Part shown: piece by piece, positions 1 to 8,859 of the stretch
How positions within the stretch are numbered: position 1 is the stretch's first letter
Layout of the letters: the number at the start of each line of letters is the position of its first letter
Assembly: GCA_019057795.1 (NCBI GenBank)
Contig: JAHLWS010000070.1
Coordinates: 1-64,000 of the forward strand
DNA length: 64,000 nt
Source of the DNA: Promethearchaeota archaeon
Lineage (GTDB): Archaea; Asgardarchaeota; Lokiarchaeia; Sigyniarchaeales; SOKP01
Direction: 5' to 3'
The notes under the pieces: generated by a model
Seen by the model: the letters and a program-made list of their open reading frames with translations, nothing else
Told to the model about the DNA's origin: nothing
Databases searched by the model: none
Made by a program: the position numbers and the translations under genes

Positions 1-2
1 CC

Positions 3-551
3 TTTAAATCAAGGGTTTATCGAGCGTGGAGAGCAATTATCCGTTCTTTTCGCAAGGAATTAGAAGATTTAAAATCTGGTTTCCAAGACGCAAAATACTT
101 GGTTTTAATGAACCCAATAAACATGGAGCGATTCGAAAAGAAAGCATTAAGAAAAGCACTGGTAAAATTTCCGTGGCTTCGCTCAATCCGTAGAATCGTG
201 ACTAAATTTTATTATCAATTTCGCCTCTCCCCTGCAAAACGATGTTCTTTAAACTTCTTATTAGGGCTTGTTTCACAACGTTGTCATTCTTGGCTTAAAA
301 GTGCCGTAGATACGCTAATAAGGTATGAGGAACAAATCTTTCGTTTCCAAGTGCTAATTGAGAAATATCCGGCGTTAAAGAACGTTAAGTCGATAAAAGT
401 AGTCGATGAATCGACCATGAGAAAGATTAACAAACTGTATCAAACGCAGTTCGGGATGCGAACGGTTGAAACTCTGGAGATGAGACTTAAACACTATCTT
501 GAGTGTCCTTTCATCATAGTTCCAAGCGTTTTGGAAGAATTAAAAAGTTAG
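3..551 (+). mobile_element. ISL3-family-like transposase, C-terminal part (5'-truncated by window edge)
   Basis: Frame is open from position 3 (FKSRVYRAWRAIIR...). AKYLVLMNPINM resembles ISL3 'RYxLLKNPENL', and ESTMRKINKLYQTQFGMRT resembles 'EGxNNKIKxIKRxAYGFRN'. Visibly less AT-rich than the downstream flank. Confidence 0.5.
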
Positions 552-616
552 CTATTATTCAAAGATCATACTCAAAAAATAAAGAAAAATAATGAAAAAA
601 TCTTTCAAAATATTAA

Positions 617-1510
617 TTAATTTGATGGAGCAAAATTAAAACTGATATTTTTAAGGAGTTCTTTATACCTTGAGCGTAATGTGACTTCCGTAACGGAAAT
701 TACACGCGAAATATCTTTCTGACTCACTTTAACATTTCTCAACTTCGCAACAAGATATATGGCGCCCGCACACAATCCTTTAGGATCCTTGCCAGATATA
801 GATGTAGTTTTAATAAAATTTTGAAGTACGCGCATCGCCTCTTTTTCGACCTCAATCCCTAAACTCAAATCTGCGCAATAACGTGGAATGAGTGTAACTG
901 GATCGATATGCGATATTTTTAAATTTAACTCCCGAACCAATATTTTATAGCACTTTTTTACGATATTATCATTAATAGAGGCTTCCGCTAAAATCTCTTG
1001 AAGAGTAATAGGTACTTTTTCGTCTTTACACGCGTAATAAGCACACGCCGCAACCATACCATTAATTGACCTGCCTCTTAATAGTTGTCTTTTGAAAACT
1101 TCTTTATACAATCGTACTGCTGATTTTTTTACTCTTTCAGGAAAATTTAAGTTGCCACCAATTCTTTTTAATTCGGTTATAGCCATCAACATGTTGCGTT
1201 TCTCCCAAGATAAGTGCGTATTCCACTTAGCAGCCCGTCTTAAATCTGGGTTTTTGATTTTTGTCCTATCAATAACAGTACTTAAGCCAATATCTGGCAT
1301 CAAAATCGACATAGGGGATCCAGTACGCTCCTTTCTATCTTTTTCGTGTTTAGAATAAGCTCTAATTCCGCTATGATTAAGGTCTAAATTTCTCTCACCT
1401 ACAACCAAACCACATTGTTGGCAGACGGTTTCCCCTCTTTCTAGAACATTGATAGTACTTCCCCCGCATTCGGGGCATAAATTTGATATCACATCTATTT
1501 CTACGACCAT
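617..1510 (-). CDS. tfb: Transcription initiation factor IIB (TFB)
   Basis: Zn ribbon CPECG...CQQCG, ERTGSP, two cyclin repeats (GRSINGMVAAC; GKDPKGLCAG), VTEVTLRSRYKEL. Confidence 0.97.
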   Translation of the reverse strand: MVVEIDVISNLCPECGGSTINVLERGETVCQQCGLVVGERNLDLNHSGIRAYSKHEKDRKERTGSPMSILMPDIGLSTVIDRTKIKNPDLRRAAKWNTHLSWEKRNMLMAITELKRIGGNLNFPERVKKSAVRLYKEVFKRQLLRGRSINGMVAACAYYACKDEKVPITLQEILAEASINDNIVKKCYKILVRELNLKISHIDPVTLIPRYCADLSLGIEVEKEAMRVLQNFIKTTSISGKDPKGLCAGAIYLVAKLRNVKVSQKDISRVISVTEVTLRSRYKELLKNISFNFAPSN

Positions 1511-2175
1511 TTTAACATACCTCTTTCCTATCCATGTAAAAATTATCTTTTTTATCTTTTTTTTTTTTTAATTTTCCTAATTTTCATAGGAATTAATTGA
1601 TAACAAAAATTACTTTTTGAACACACACAATTTTGATTGTTACACAAATTAGTCTTCATGCATATTTAAACATTACTATTTTAAATCAAAAATTTACAAA
1701 TTCTAGCAACAAAACTTTTTTTTGATAACTAATTCAATATTTTTCTGTGAAAAAAATGAATTTGAATATAAATATTTTTAATGGGATTAAAAAGCAATAT
1801 AATATCGATATATACCATAAGTAAAGATTCTTTTTTGTCGAGATTGGATTATTCGATTCATAACAAGGAATTATTTTAGAATGTGGAAATCTGTTAAAAT
1901 TTCATTTTTTTCGTAAGTTGGCACGACTTAAATTACCCAAAAAAAATTAGTTGCTTAAGTGTGAGCAAAAAATTTCTATTTAGATAATATTAAATAATAC
2001 TTCTTTCACTAATTTTTTGGTAAAAATCGTGTGTTAAGGTGAAATACTGATCATAGAAGAACGGAGAAAATCGGAAGATAAGTCAAAAAAAGGAGACCAT
2101 AATTCAAAAAAGGAGAAAGAGCAAATTAAAATTAAGAAGGGGGGAAAAACTGAAAAAAGCGGCGATAGTGCTCGA

Positions 2176-3084
2176 ATGACAGAAAAAGAAATTAAAAACC
2201 TTGATTTGGACGATGAAAAAATTAAACTTCGCATGAAGAAATACGAGAGAGAAACGGGTAAATACGCGATTTGGCGGGGAGCTATAACAGAGGGATTTAA
2301 GAAATGGCTGAAAGGCGAAAAAATATATAAGCGAGATAAAGAAAGAATTTCTTTATATGTAGCTGACGACACTAAGGATGAGTGGCAAGAATTCATCAAC
2401 ACAAACAAAGGAGAGTTTCCTACTTTTTCTGAGCTAATAAGACAGAGCGTCAAGTCATTTATTGAAGACTCTAGTAAAGTTTCGAACGAATTATCAAAAC
2501 TTAACCCGAAAACAATATCCAACATATCTCACGCGTTAAAAGAACCGTTAACTTCTATTAAAGGGTACTCTCAATTATTGCTTGAGAGCGAAGAATATAA
2601 AGGTAAATTGAGTACTCATGTAAAAGAAACTGTGAAAAATATCTTTGATCAAAGCAATATGTTAGAGAATATTATAAAGAATTTCTTAGACAACATCAAA
2701 CCCGAAACTTCTCCATGCGACATTTTATTAATTGAAGACGATTTAGCGACAATTAGATTGATTACCAGTTATTTTGAAAGTAAAAAGTTCACTTGTAAGG
2801 GTGTAGTTAGCGGAGCGAAAGGATTAGAAGAACTACGAAGAACCACACCTAAAGTCATTTTATTAGACATAATTTTGCCAGATTTAAGTGGTTACGATAT
2901 TTGTAAAACCATAAAAACTGATAACTCTTATAAAAAAATTCCTGTGTACTTTCTTACGGCCATTGCGGCGTCTGAGGTAAAAAAACACCTGGAAGAAACA
3001 AAAGTAGATGGGTTTATTCTTAAACCTTTTAACTTTTCTGATTTTGATGTTATTTTTGAAATATTAAACGGAAGAGCAAAATAA
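2176..3084 (+). CDS. RHH-like + HisKA(DHp) + receiver domain signalling protein, paralog 1; frame is open upstream to 2038
   Basis: RISLYV...TFSELIRQSV (RHH-like), H-box SHALKEPLTSIKG, REC motifs ILLIEDD, LLDIILPD, KPF. No HATPase domain. Confidence 0.8.
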   Translation: MTEKEIKNLDLDDEKIKLRMKKYERETGKYAIWRGAITEGFKKWLKGEKIYKRDKERISLYVADDTKDEWQEFINTNKGEFPTFSELIRQSVKSFIEDSSKVSNELSKLNPKTISNISHALKEPLTSIKGYSQLLLESEEYKGKLSTHVKETVKNIFDQSNMLENIIKNFLDNIKPETSPCDILLIEDDLATIRLITSYFESKKFTCKGVVSGAKGLEELRRTTPKVILLDIILPDLSGYDICKTIKTDNSYKKIPVYFLTAIAASEVKKHLEETKVDGFILKPFNFSDFDVIFEILNGRAK

Positions 3085-3281
3085 TTAAATTCAGATTTTC
3101 TTATAAAAATTCTTTACTATAAGAGAAAGAGATGCTTACATTTAAAGATAATATATTATAGATTAATCACTTATTATTAAAATAAACAATATTTATTTTT
3201 TGTAAAAAATTACTTTTATATAATATTTGACATAACAAAGATAGATTTTTTTATAAAATAAGTAAATATTTACATTAAATT

Positions 3282-4286
3282 TTGAACGGTAAAAAACAAT
3301 TAAATCACAAAATAAAAATAAAGGTGTTAAAAATTCCTGACGAAAAGAAACGCAATAGTAATTTGAACGATAAAAATAACTATTCTATGCCTAAAGTGAC
3401 TGAAAATGAAATAAAAAATCTTGATTTGAAGAGTGAAAAAACTAAAGAACTAATGAAAGAATACGAAGCGGAAACCGATAAATACGCTATCTGGCGCGGC
3501 TCTATAACCGAAGGCTTTATTAAATGGTTGAAAGGAGAAAAAATTTATGATCGCGAAAAAGAGCGAATTTCGTTGTATGTAGCCGATGAAACTAAAGCTA
3601 ACTGGCAGGATTTTATAAATACTCATAAAGATAAATACAAAACCGTATCAAAACTCATAAGAGAAAGCGTAAATTACTTTATTAAGCAGAAATCGGGTTT
3701 AATCGGTGAAGATTTGCATAAACTAGACAAGAAAACTCTTACGAACATATCCCACGCGTTGAAAGAGCCATTAACATCAATTAAGGGGTTTTCACAACTA
3801 TTAATTGAGAATTATAGGGAGGAATTGGTGGATGATGTATTTAATACAATTCAAAATATCTTCGATCAATCTTTACTTCTCGAGAATAGAATTATTAATA
3901 TACTAGACAATATAAAAACGGAAAGCTCTCATTACGATATTTTGCTAATCGAAGATGATTTAGCTACCATTCGTTTATTAACGAGCTATTTTGATAGCAA
4001 AGGTTTTTCTTGTAAGGGTGTCGTAAGTGGAACAAAGGGATTGCAAGAATTAGCCAATAACCCTTGTAAATTAGTTCTTCTCGATATTATTTTGCCAGAT
4101 TATAGTGGTTACGACATCTGTAAAAAAATTAAATCAAATAAAAATCTTAAAGACATAAAAGTCTTTTTACTAACAGCTATCCCGGGTTCTGAAGTAAAAA
4201 AAAATTTTGAGGATAGTCAAGCCAATGGCTACATCTTAAAACCTTTTGATTTCTCTGATTTTGAAGTGATATTTCAATATTTATAA
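3282..4286 (+). CDS. RHH-like + HisKA(DHp) + receiver domain signalling protein, paralog 2; true start probably 3324, 3333 or 3387
   Basis: Same architecture and high similarity to 2176..3084 (KYAIWRG, SHALKEPLTSIKG, ILLIEDDLATIRL). Confidence 0.8.
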   Translation: MNGKKQLNHKIKIKVLKIPDEKKRNSNLNDKNNYSMPKVTENEIKNLDLKSEKTKELMKEYEAETDKYAIWRGSITEGFIKWLKGEKIYDREKERISLYVADETKANWQDFINTHKDKYKTVSKLIRESVNYFIKQKSGLIGEDLHKLDKKTLTNISHALKEPLTSIKGFSQLLIENYREELVDDVFNTIQNIFDQSLLLENRIINILDNIKTESSHYDILLIEDDLATIRLLTSYFDSKGFSCKGVVSGTKGLQELANNPCKLVLLDIILPDYSGYDICKKIKSNKNLKDIKVFLLTAIPGSEVKKNFEDSQANGYILKPFDFSDFEVIFQYL

Positions 4287-4323
4287 AGAGATAAATCTTT
4301 TTTCTTTTATTTTAAAAAATAAG

Positions 4324-4397
4324 CGGGCTATGAGGGAATCGAACCCCCGACCTGCCGGTTAAGAGCCGGATGCGCTACCTGCCTGCGCTAATAGCCC
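4324..4397 (-). tRNA. tRNA-Lys(CTT)
   Basis: Acceptor stem GGGCTAT/ATAGCCC, anticodon loop CT-CTT-AA, T arm GGGGG-TTCGATT-CCCTC. Confidence 0.95.
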
Positions 4398-4422
4398 CGT
4401 TTACTAAAAACATCATCGAAAA

Positions 4423-4527
4423 CGCACCTGGAGGGATTTGAACCCCCGAGCGCTTACGCGCACTGGCTTACTTGATAGTTTCTATTGTACGCTCAAGGCC
4501 AGCGTCTTACCACTAGGCTACAGGTGC
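4423..4527 (-). tRNA. tRNA-Ser(TGA) with 23-nt canonical intron (4469-4491, position 37/38)
   Basis: Acceptor stem GCACCTG/CAGGTGC, anticodon arm CTGGC-CTTGAG^A-GCCAG, long variable arm. BHB helix CTTG/CAAG with bulges AG|C and TA|A. Confidence 0.93.
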
Positions 4528-4764
4528 TCTGGAATTACGATTTTTCGACAAAGTGGTATTAGTATCACACTCCACCGAATTATCCATGTTTAATGGATGA
4601 TCTATATTTTATTTTTTTTGATTATGATATAGGTATTAAAATAGATTATATTTAATAAAATAAATTTTTTTTTATTTTACTCTCGTAATTCATACTTTAA
4701 GGAACACTTAAAAGAAAAATATAAATTTTATGTTTAATTTTTAATAATTGAGATGATATAAAAA

Positions 4765-5253
4765 ATGAGCGGGGCAAAAGATTTTAGGTATTTAATACCA
4801 GAGCGAATTTTTAAACAAATCACTGACCGAGCCACAGAAGTTTATCCTAACATCGAAAATTACTGGATTTTTGCGGATCGTAAAGAAAACTTCGGAATAG
4901 TAAATAAATTTATTATCAATCCAGATTTGAGAAAAACCAAAACTCACGTAAAACCTAGAAGTTGGATGCGATATAAGAAATCGAAAATCTACAATATGCG
5001 GAAGTTTAAACAAGAGCTTGGAATAGATATAATCTGGCAGGCTCATACACACCCTTCAGGAAACGATAAATTACACGCAATCGATAAAAAAATTTTAAAA
5101 TATCTCTCAAATGGTGTAATGATAATCGTAATTCCCAATCTTCCCGAAAATGATCCTCCTTTAAAAGCTCATTTAGTTGGTTGGTATTACGATAAGCGAT
5201 ACACGAAGAAGCCAATCATCGAGAAAATGGTGTTTGAGATAATCCAAGAGTGA
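4765..5253 (+). CDS. JAB/MPN (JAMM) domain protein
   Basis: YPNIE and HTHPSGNDKLHAID (HxH-x7-[S replaced by H]-xxD). Confidence 0.75.
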   Translation: MSGAKDFRYLIPERIFKQITDRATEVYPNIENYWIFADRKENFGIVNKFIINPDLRKTKTHVKPRSWMRYKKSKIYNMRKFKQELGIDIIWQAHTHPSGNDKLHAIDKKILKYLSNGVMIIVIPNLPENDPPLKAHLVGWYYDKRYTKKPIIEKMVFEIIQE

Positions 5254-5453
5254 TTTTGAGCTTAAATTTCTCTCTTTTCTTTTTAAAATTTAACTTTTTC
5301 TAATTTAGTTTCACAATGATTTTTTTTTTCTTTGTTTCATTTCAATACAGATCCAATACGCGATACAATGAAAAAGTATTAAAATTTTAAATCGTTATAA
5401 TGAAAAAAGAAACACACCTAAAAAAATTGTATTTATGCTCGGGACTATAAAGA

Positions 5454-5567
5454 GCTCAGCTCATTAGCCTCTTCGTGCTAGTGAAAGTTCGTCGCTTAGC
5501 CTGGTAGAGCGCTGGATTGCTAATCCAGTGTCCATCGGATGCGTGGGTTCGAATCCCACCCTGAGCG
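5454..5567 (+). tRNA. tRNA-Ser(GCT) with 31-nt non-canonical intron in the acceptor stem (5460-5490, position 6/7)
   Basis: The 3' acceptor strand CCTGAGC-G needs GCTCAGG, which forms only by joining GCTCAG (5454-5459) to G5491. Anticodon arm CTGGA-TTGCTAA-TCCAG, long variable arm, T arm GTGGG-TTCGAAT-CCCAC. Confidence 0.88.
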
Positions 5568-5615
5568 TATCTATTTTTAAAATTTTGATTGTTAATTAAT
5601 AGTTTTTCTTTGTTT

Positions 5616-6968
5616 TTAACCTAAAAAATTGTCTAAACCTCCCTTTTTCAGCTTCAAAGAATCTGTAAAAGGATCATAATCTAAATCATAATTAAACGGA
5701 CATTTTATACCCGTCTGCTCGTTAAATTGTTTTAATATTTCTGTTTGGAATGTATTTATAGTCTTTTTATTAAATCCATTAATTTCCTTTAACCTTATTA
5801 CAACTGTATTGTAATCAGAAAGACCAGCTATAACATTCTTCTTTTGATCATTTTCCTGTTGTTTTTTAAAATCTTCCCAAGATTTATGAATCCAATTTGG
5901 CCATCTATCGTGTTGAAGACCATCATATTCAAATGAAATCTTAAAAATCTCTCCTTTCACAGAAACCTTATTATTATAACCATCCCATCTTAACTGCCCT
6001 CCTTCCTCTGCAGAGAGCCCATATGCATTTTTTAACGAAGTTTCTGAAAATTCTGCATCAAATATTGCTTCCATATATAAACGTGTAATTTTTTGACAGA
6101 AATATTCTTTACATGTAGGACACCATTGATTATGGTATAAAATGTGAAGGATTTGAGGTGAAAAAGTATGGTTTTCTTCACAGACAATTTCAATGTGTTG
6201 TTGACTAGGAAATTTCATAGAATCGAACTGCTCTTTTGATGTTAATAAGGTCCCTCTTCTATTTCTAATAAAGTTTTGTAATTTTTCATACTTTAATCTT
6301 ACATCTTGACCACCCTGTCTATTAGTCCAAATTTCTTTAAATCTTATTGCAGACTCTTCTGACCCAAATTCCCTCAATAAGTATTTTTCTATCCAATTTG
6401 TGATGGTGTTTCTTTCAACATTTATCATATCTGCAAAATCTTGTAATGAAGGAATCTTTGAAATATCATTAGGATAATTTTTAATGTATTCATGTAAGAT
6501 TTGGTAAAATTTTTCTCTTTTAATTTTGTTTACTAAAGAACCTTGAGGCCATAGATCTTTCTTAATTCTCATCATTTCCTGTTTAGTATATCTTAGTTTA
6601 ATATATTTATTAAGAAAATCTATAACAAACGGTTTTGAAACATCAAATTTATTTGCAAGTTTATTCATACTTAATATTTTATCTTCTCTGATATTCTCGG
6701 GATAATTTTTTAAAATAGAATCAAGATACTCATTTAATTCTTTTCTAACATTATGATAATGGGATTTGCCTCTTCTTGATTTCTTTAGTGATCTATATTC
6801 TCTTTCATCTCTGGGTTCAAACTCAAATTCGGAATCACTTTCGTCTAATCTAATTTCATCTTCTGGTTCAAAATCGTTTTCAAGATAATAGTTTTCAATT
6901 ACATCTTCATTATTGATATCAAACTTATTTTCTTCATCCTTATATTCATTATCATTATGTTCTTTCAT
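5616..6968 (-). CDS. Hypothetical protein: acidic N-terminus, HTH-like segments, Zn ribbon and C-terminal PD-(D/E)XK/Vsr-like endonuclease domain
   Basis: CEENH...WCPTC; LRWDGY...FEYDGLQH; HTH-like SMNKLANKFDVSKPFV and SLQDFADMINVERNTI. Confidence 0.6.
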   Translation of the reverse strand: MKEHNDNEYKDEENKFDINNEDVIENYYLENDFEPEDEIRLDESDSEFEFEPRDEREYRSLKKSRRGKSHYHNVRKELNEYLDSILKNYPENIREDKILSMNKLANKFDVSKPFVIDFLNKYIKLRYTKQEMMRIKKDLWPQGSLVNKIKREKFYQILHEYIKNYPNDISKIPSLQDFADMINVERNTITNWIEKYLLREFGSEESAIRFKEIWTNRQGGQDVRLKYEKLQNFIRNRRGTLLTSKEQFDSMKFPSQQHIEIVCEENHTFSPQILHILYHNQWCPTCKEYFCQKITRLYMEAIFDAEFSETSLKNAYGLSAEEGGQLRWDGYNNKVSVKGEIFKISFEYDGLQHDRWPNWIHKSWEDFKKQQENDQKKNVIAGLSDYNTVVIRLKEINGFNKKTINTFQTEILKQFNEQTGIKCPFNYDLDYDPFTDSLKLKKGGLDNFLG

Positions 6969-7175
6969 TGCTTAACACTTATTGATAAAAATTTGATTAA
7001 AGGCATTGTCGTTAGAAAATATTCTGAATGAAATTATAAAAAACTATATAATTTTTGATCGTTGAGATATTAACCATCCTTATAAGTAAAAATATCCTCA
7101 AATCGCTTTAAAAAAATATTAAAGTATTAAATTACTATCTTATATCTAAATAATTAGATATAATAAGCACTAATA

Positions 7176-7278
7176 GGGCCCATGGTTTAGTGGTTATGAT
7201 TTAATTTTTAGGAATTGAATAATATACGTCTCGCTTACACCGAGAAGATCGGGAGTTCAAACCTCCCTGGGCCCACCA
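7176..7278 (+). tRNA. tRNA-Val(TAC) with 27-nt non-canonical D-stem intron (7199-7225, position 23/24), CCA encoded
   Basis: Acceptor stem GGGCCCA/TGGGCCC-ACCA, anticodon arm TCTCG-CTTACAC-CGAGA. The D-stem 3' strand TG|AC is interrupted; BHB helix GTTA/TAAT with bulges TG|A and AT|A. Confidence 0.92.
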
Positions 7279-7288
7279 TTTTTCCATT

Positions 7289-8074
7289 CTATACAAATAA
7301 TTTTCTAATTCTTTCAGGTCTAATTGCGCTCAACTTACAATTCTTAAGGTATTTGCCAATATCTGCAATAATTCCTGGAGCGTTTGTGTTTTGTCTTAGA
7401 ATTACAACATTCTCAAGAAATCCGAATCGCTCTATTGATGCGATGTCTCGATAATGACCGGTCCTTATAAGAGCTTTTTTGAACTGCCCTTTTGTTTCAC
7501 CGCTTACAAAAACGCCTTCGAGATTTTCCACAATTAATTTACCGTAAAGTTCTAAAGTCTTCTGATCTAGATTGCCTTGGATTTGTTCTTTTTCTTTATC
7601 GATTGAAGTAATTTTTATATAAACAGGATAATGATCGATAAAATCGTAAGCTTTAATAATTTCTGTTAGCGAAACATCTCTTCCTTTACACAATTGTTTT
7701 CTAAGAGCGTGAAGATTAAGCAAAACATCCGTTTTAGGGTTTAAAATAGCGCAATCCACAAAAATTCCAAACCCTACCTTTCCTACATCTAAAAAGACTC
7801 CTTTATACGTTTGATTTATTTCGACCTCATTGAACTCAACGATAGCTCCAACTTCTTTCTTAAATAAATTAAGAAGGAAGATTTCTTCTGGTCCCGATAT
7901 TAGAATCTCAACTCTATCGTCAAATTGTCTTACTTTTTTTATTTGAACTTTTGTATTTGGAAAGCTTTGAGCTAATTCGTTCAAATACTTTCGATATCTT
8001 ATTGAAATTTCTATTTTATCTTTTTCTGTATAGACATTATAAATTTTATCGTATAGGACTAAATTTTTTACCAT
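7289..8074 (-). CDS. DUF2110-like conserved archaeal protein (OB-fold)
   Basis: DVGKVGFGIFVD and IERFGFLE...APGIIADIG recall DUF2110. Confidence 0.7.
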   Translation of the reverse strand: MVKNLVLYDKIYNVYTEKDKIEISIRYRKYLNELAQSFPNTKVQIKKVRQFDDRVEILISGPEEIFLLNLFKKEVGAIVEFNEVEINQTYKGVFLDVGKVGFGIFVDCAILNPKTDVLLNLHALRKQLCKGRDVSLTEIIKAYDFIDHYPVYIKITSIDKEKEQIQGNLDQKTLELYGKLIVENLEGVFVSGETKGQFKKALIRTGHYRDIASIERFGFLENVVILRQNTNAPGIIADIGKYLKNCKLSAIRPERIRKLFV

Positions 8075-8260
8075 AAAAATTCCTAAATATAGAAATATGA
8101 ATCATAAAAATAATTATTATAATAGTAAGTAAAACGTAATATTTCTTATTTTCTCTTATTATATTATTTAATTTTAACTTAATTTCGTTCTAATAAAATT
8201 TAAATTGATGAACTTTTATGATAGTTTAAAGAAAAGCATAAGAATTTGTTGATGTGAGTT

Positions 8261-8632
8261 ATGGAACAACAACGATTTAATTATTTAGTTGAAGAACTAA
8301 GAAAATACGAAGGTACGGAAGAAATTTTCTTGTTGGATTCTAACGGCGAGATTCTTTTTAAATCTGAAGAATTCTCATTATCAAACGAAGAAGCTAAAGC
8401 TATGCTTGTAGCGTGGAAACAAAAGGAACCAGCTCTTAGCTTTCAAAACTATAGATTTGCGATATTAAAAAATGATGACATTCAATTAGCGGCAAAAAAT
8501 ATAGCTGGGGGGAAGGGTAATATAGTTGGATCGATAACAAAAGACGGAGATTACCTCATAGCACATACTCGAGACGAAGGTTTGATTTTACTTGAGTGGT
8601 CAATTTTTATCAATAAGGTTGCTTGGAGTTAA
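8261..8632 (+). CDS. Asgard profilin-like protein
   Basis: 123 aa. LLDSNGEILFKSEEFSLSNE and LSFQNYRFAILKNDDIQLAAKNIAGGKGNIVG match the Loki profilin pattern as recalled. Confidence 0.65.
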   Translation: MEQQRFNYLVEELRKYEGTEEIFLLDSNGEILFKSEEFSLSNEEAKAMLVAWKQKEPALSFQNYRFAILKNDDIQLAAKNIAGGKGNIVGSITKDGDYLIAHTRDEGLILLEWSIFINKVAWS

Positions 8633-8859
8633 ACTATTTGGAGAATTCACCTAATTATAATCAAGTCTTGTAAAATTACGTTTTATTTTTTTTTATATAT
8701 CCCGAATTTAAGCAAATAGATTTTATTTTTTATTATGAATTTGTGTTCAAAAGCTAATACTTTATTTAGACAAAATATAAATTTTATTAAAAATTTCAAT
8801 ATTTTAATAGTAAAAAAAAAATAAGATAATTAATTAAAAATTAAAAAGGGATAAATATC

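Noticed and set aside
4423-4527. tRNA-Sec
   Set aside because: The anticodon is TGA (reads Ser TCA), not TCA, and the acceptor stem is a normal 7 bp.
5567-7176. Integrated element bounded by tRNA att repeats
   Set aside because: No duplicated tRNA 3' end and no integrase were seen.
7215-7454. 79-aa plus-strand ORF
   Set aside because: It overlaps tRNA-Val and the antisense DUF2110 gene, so it is spurious.
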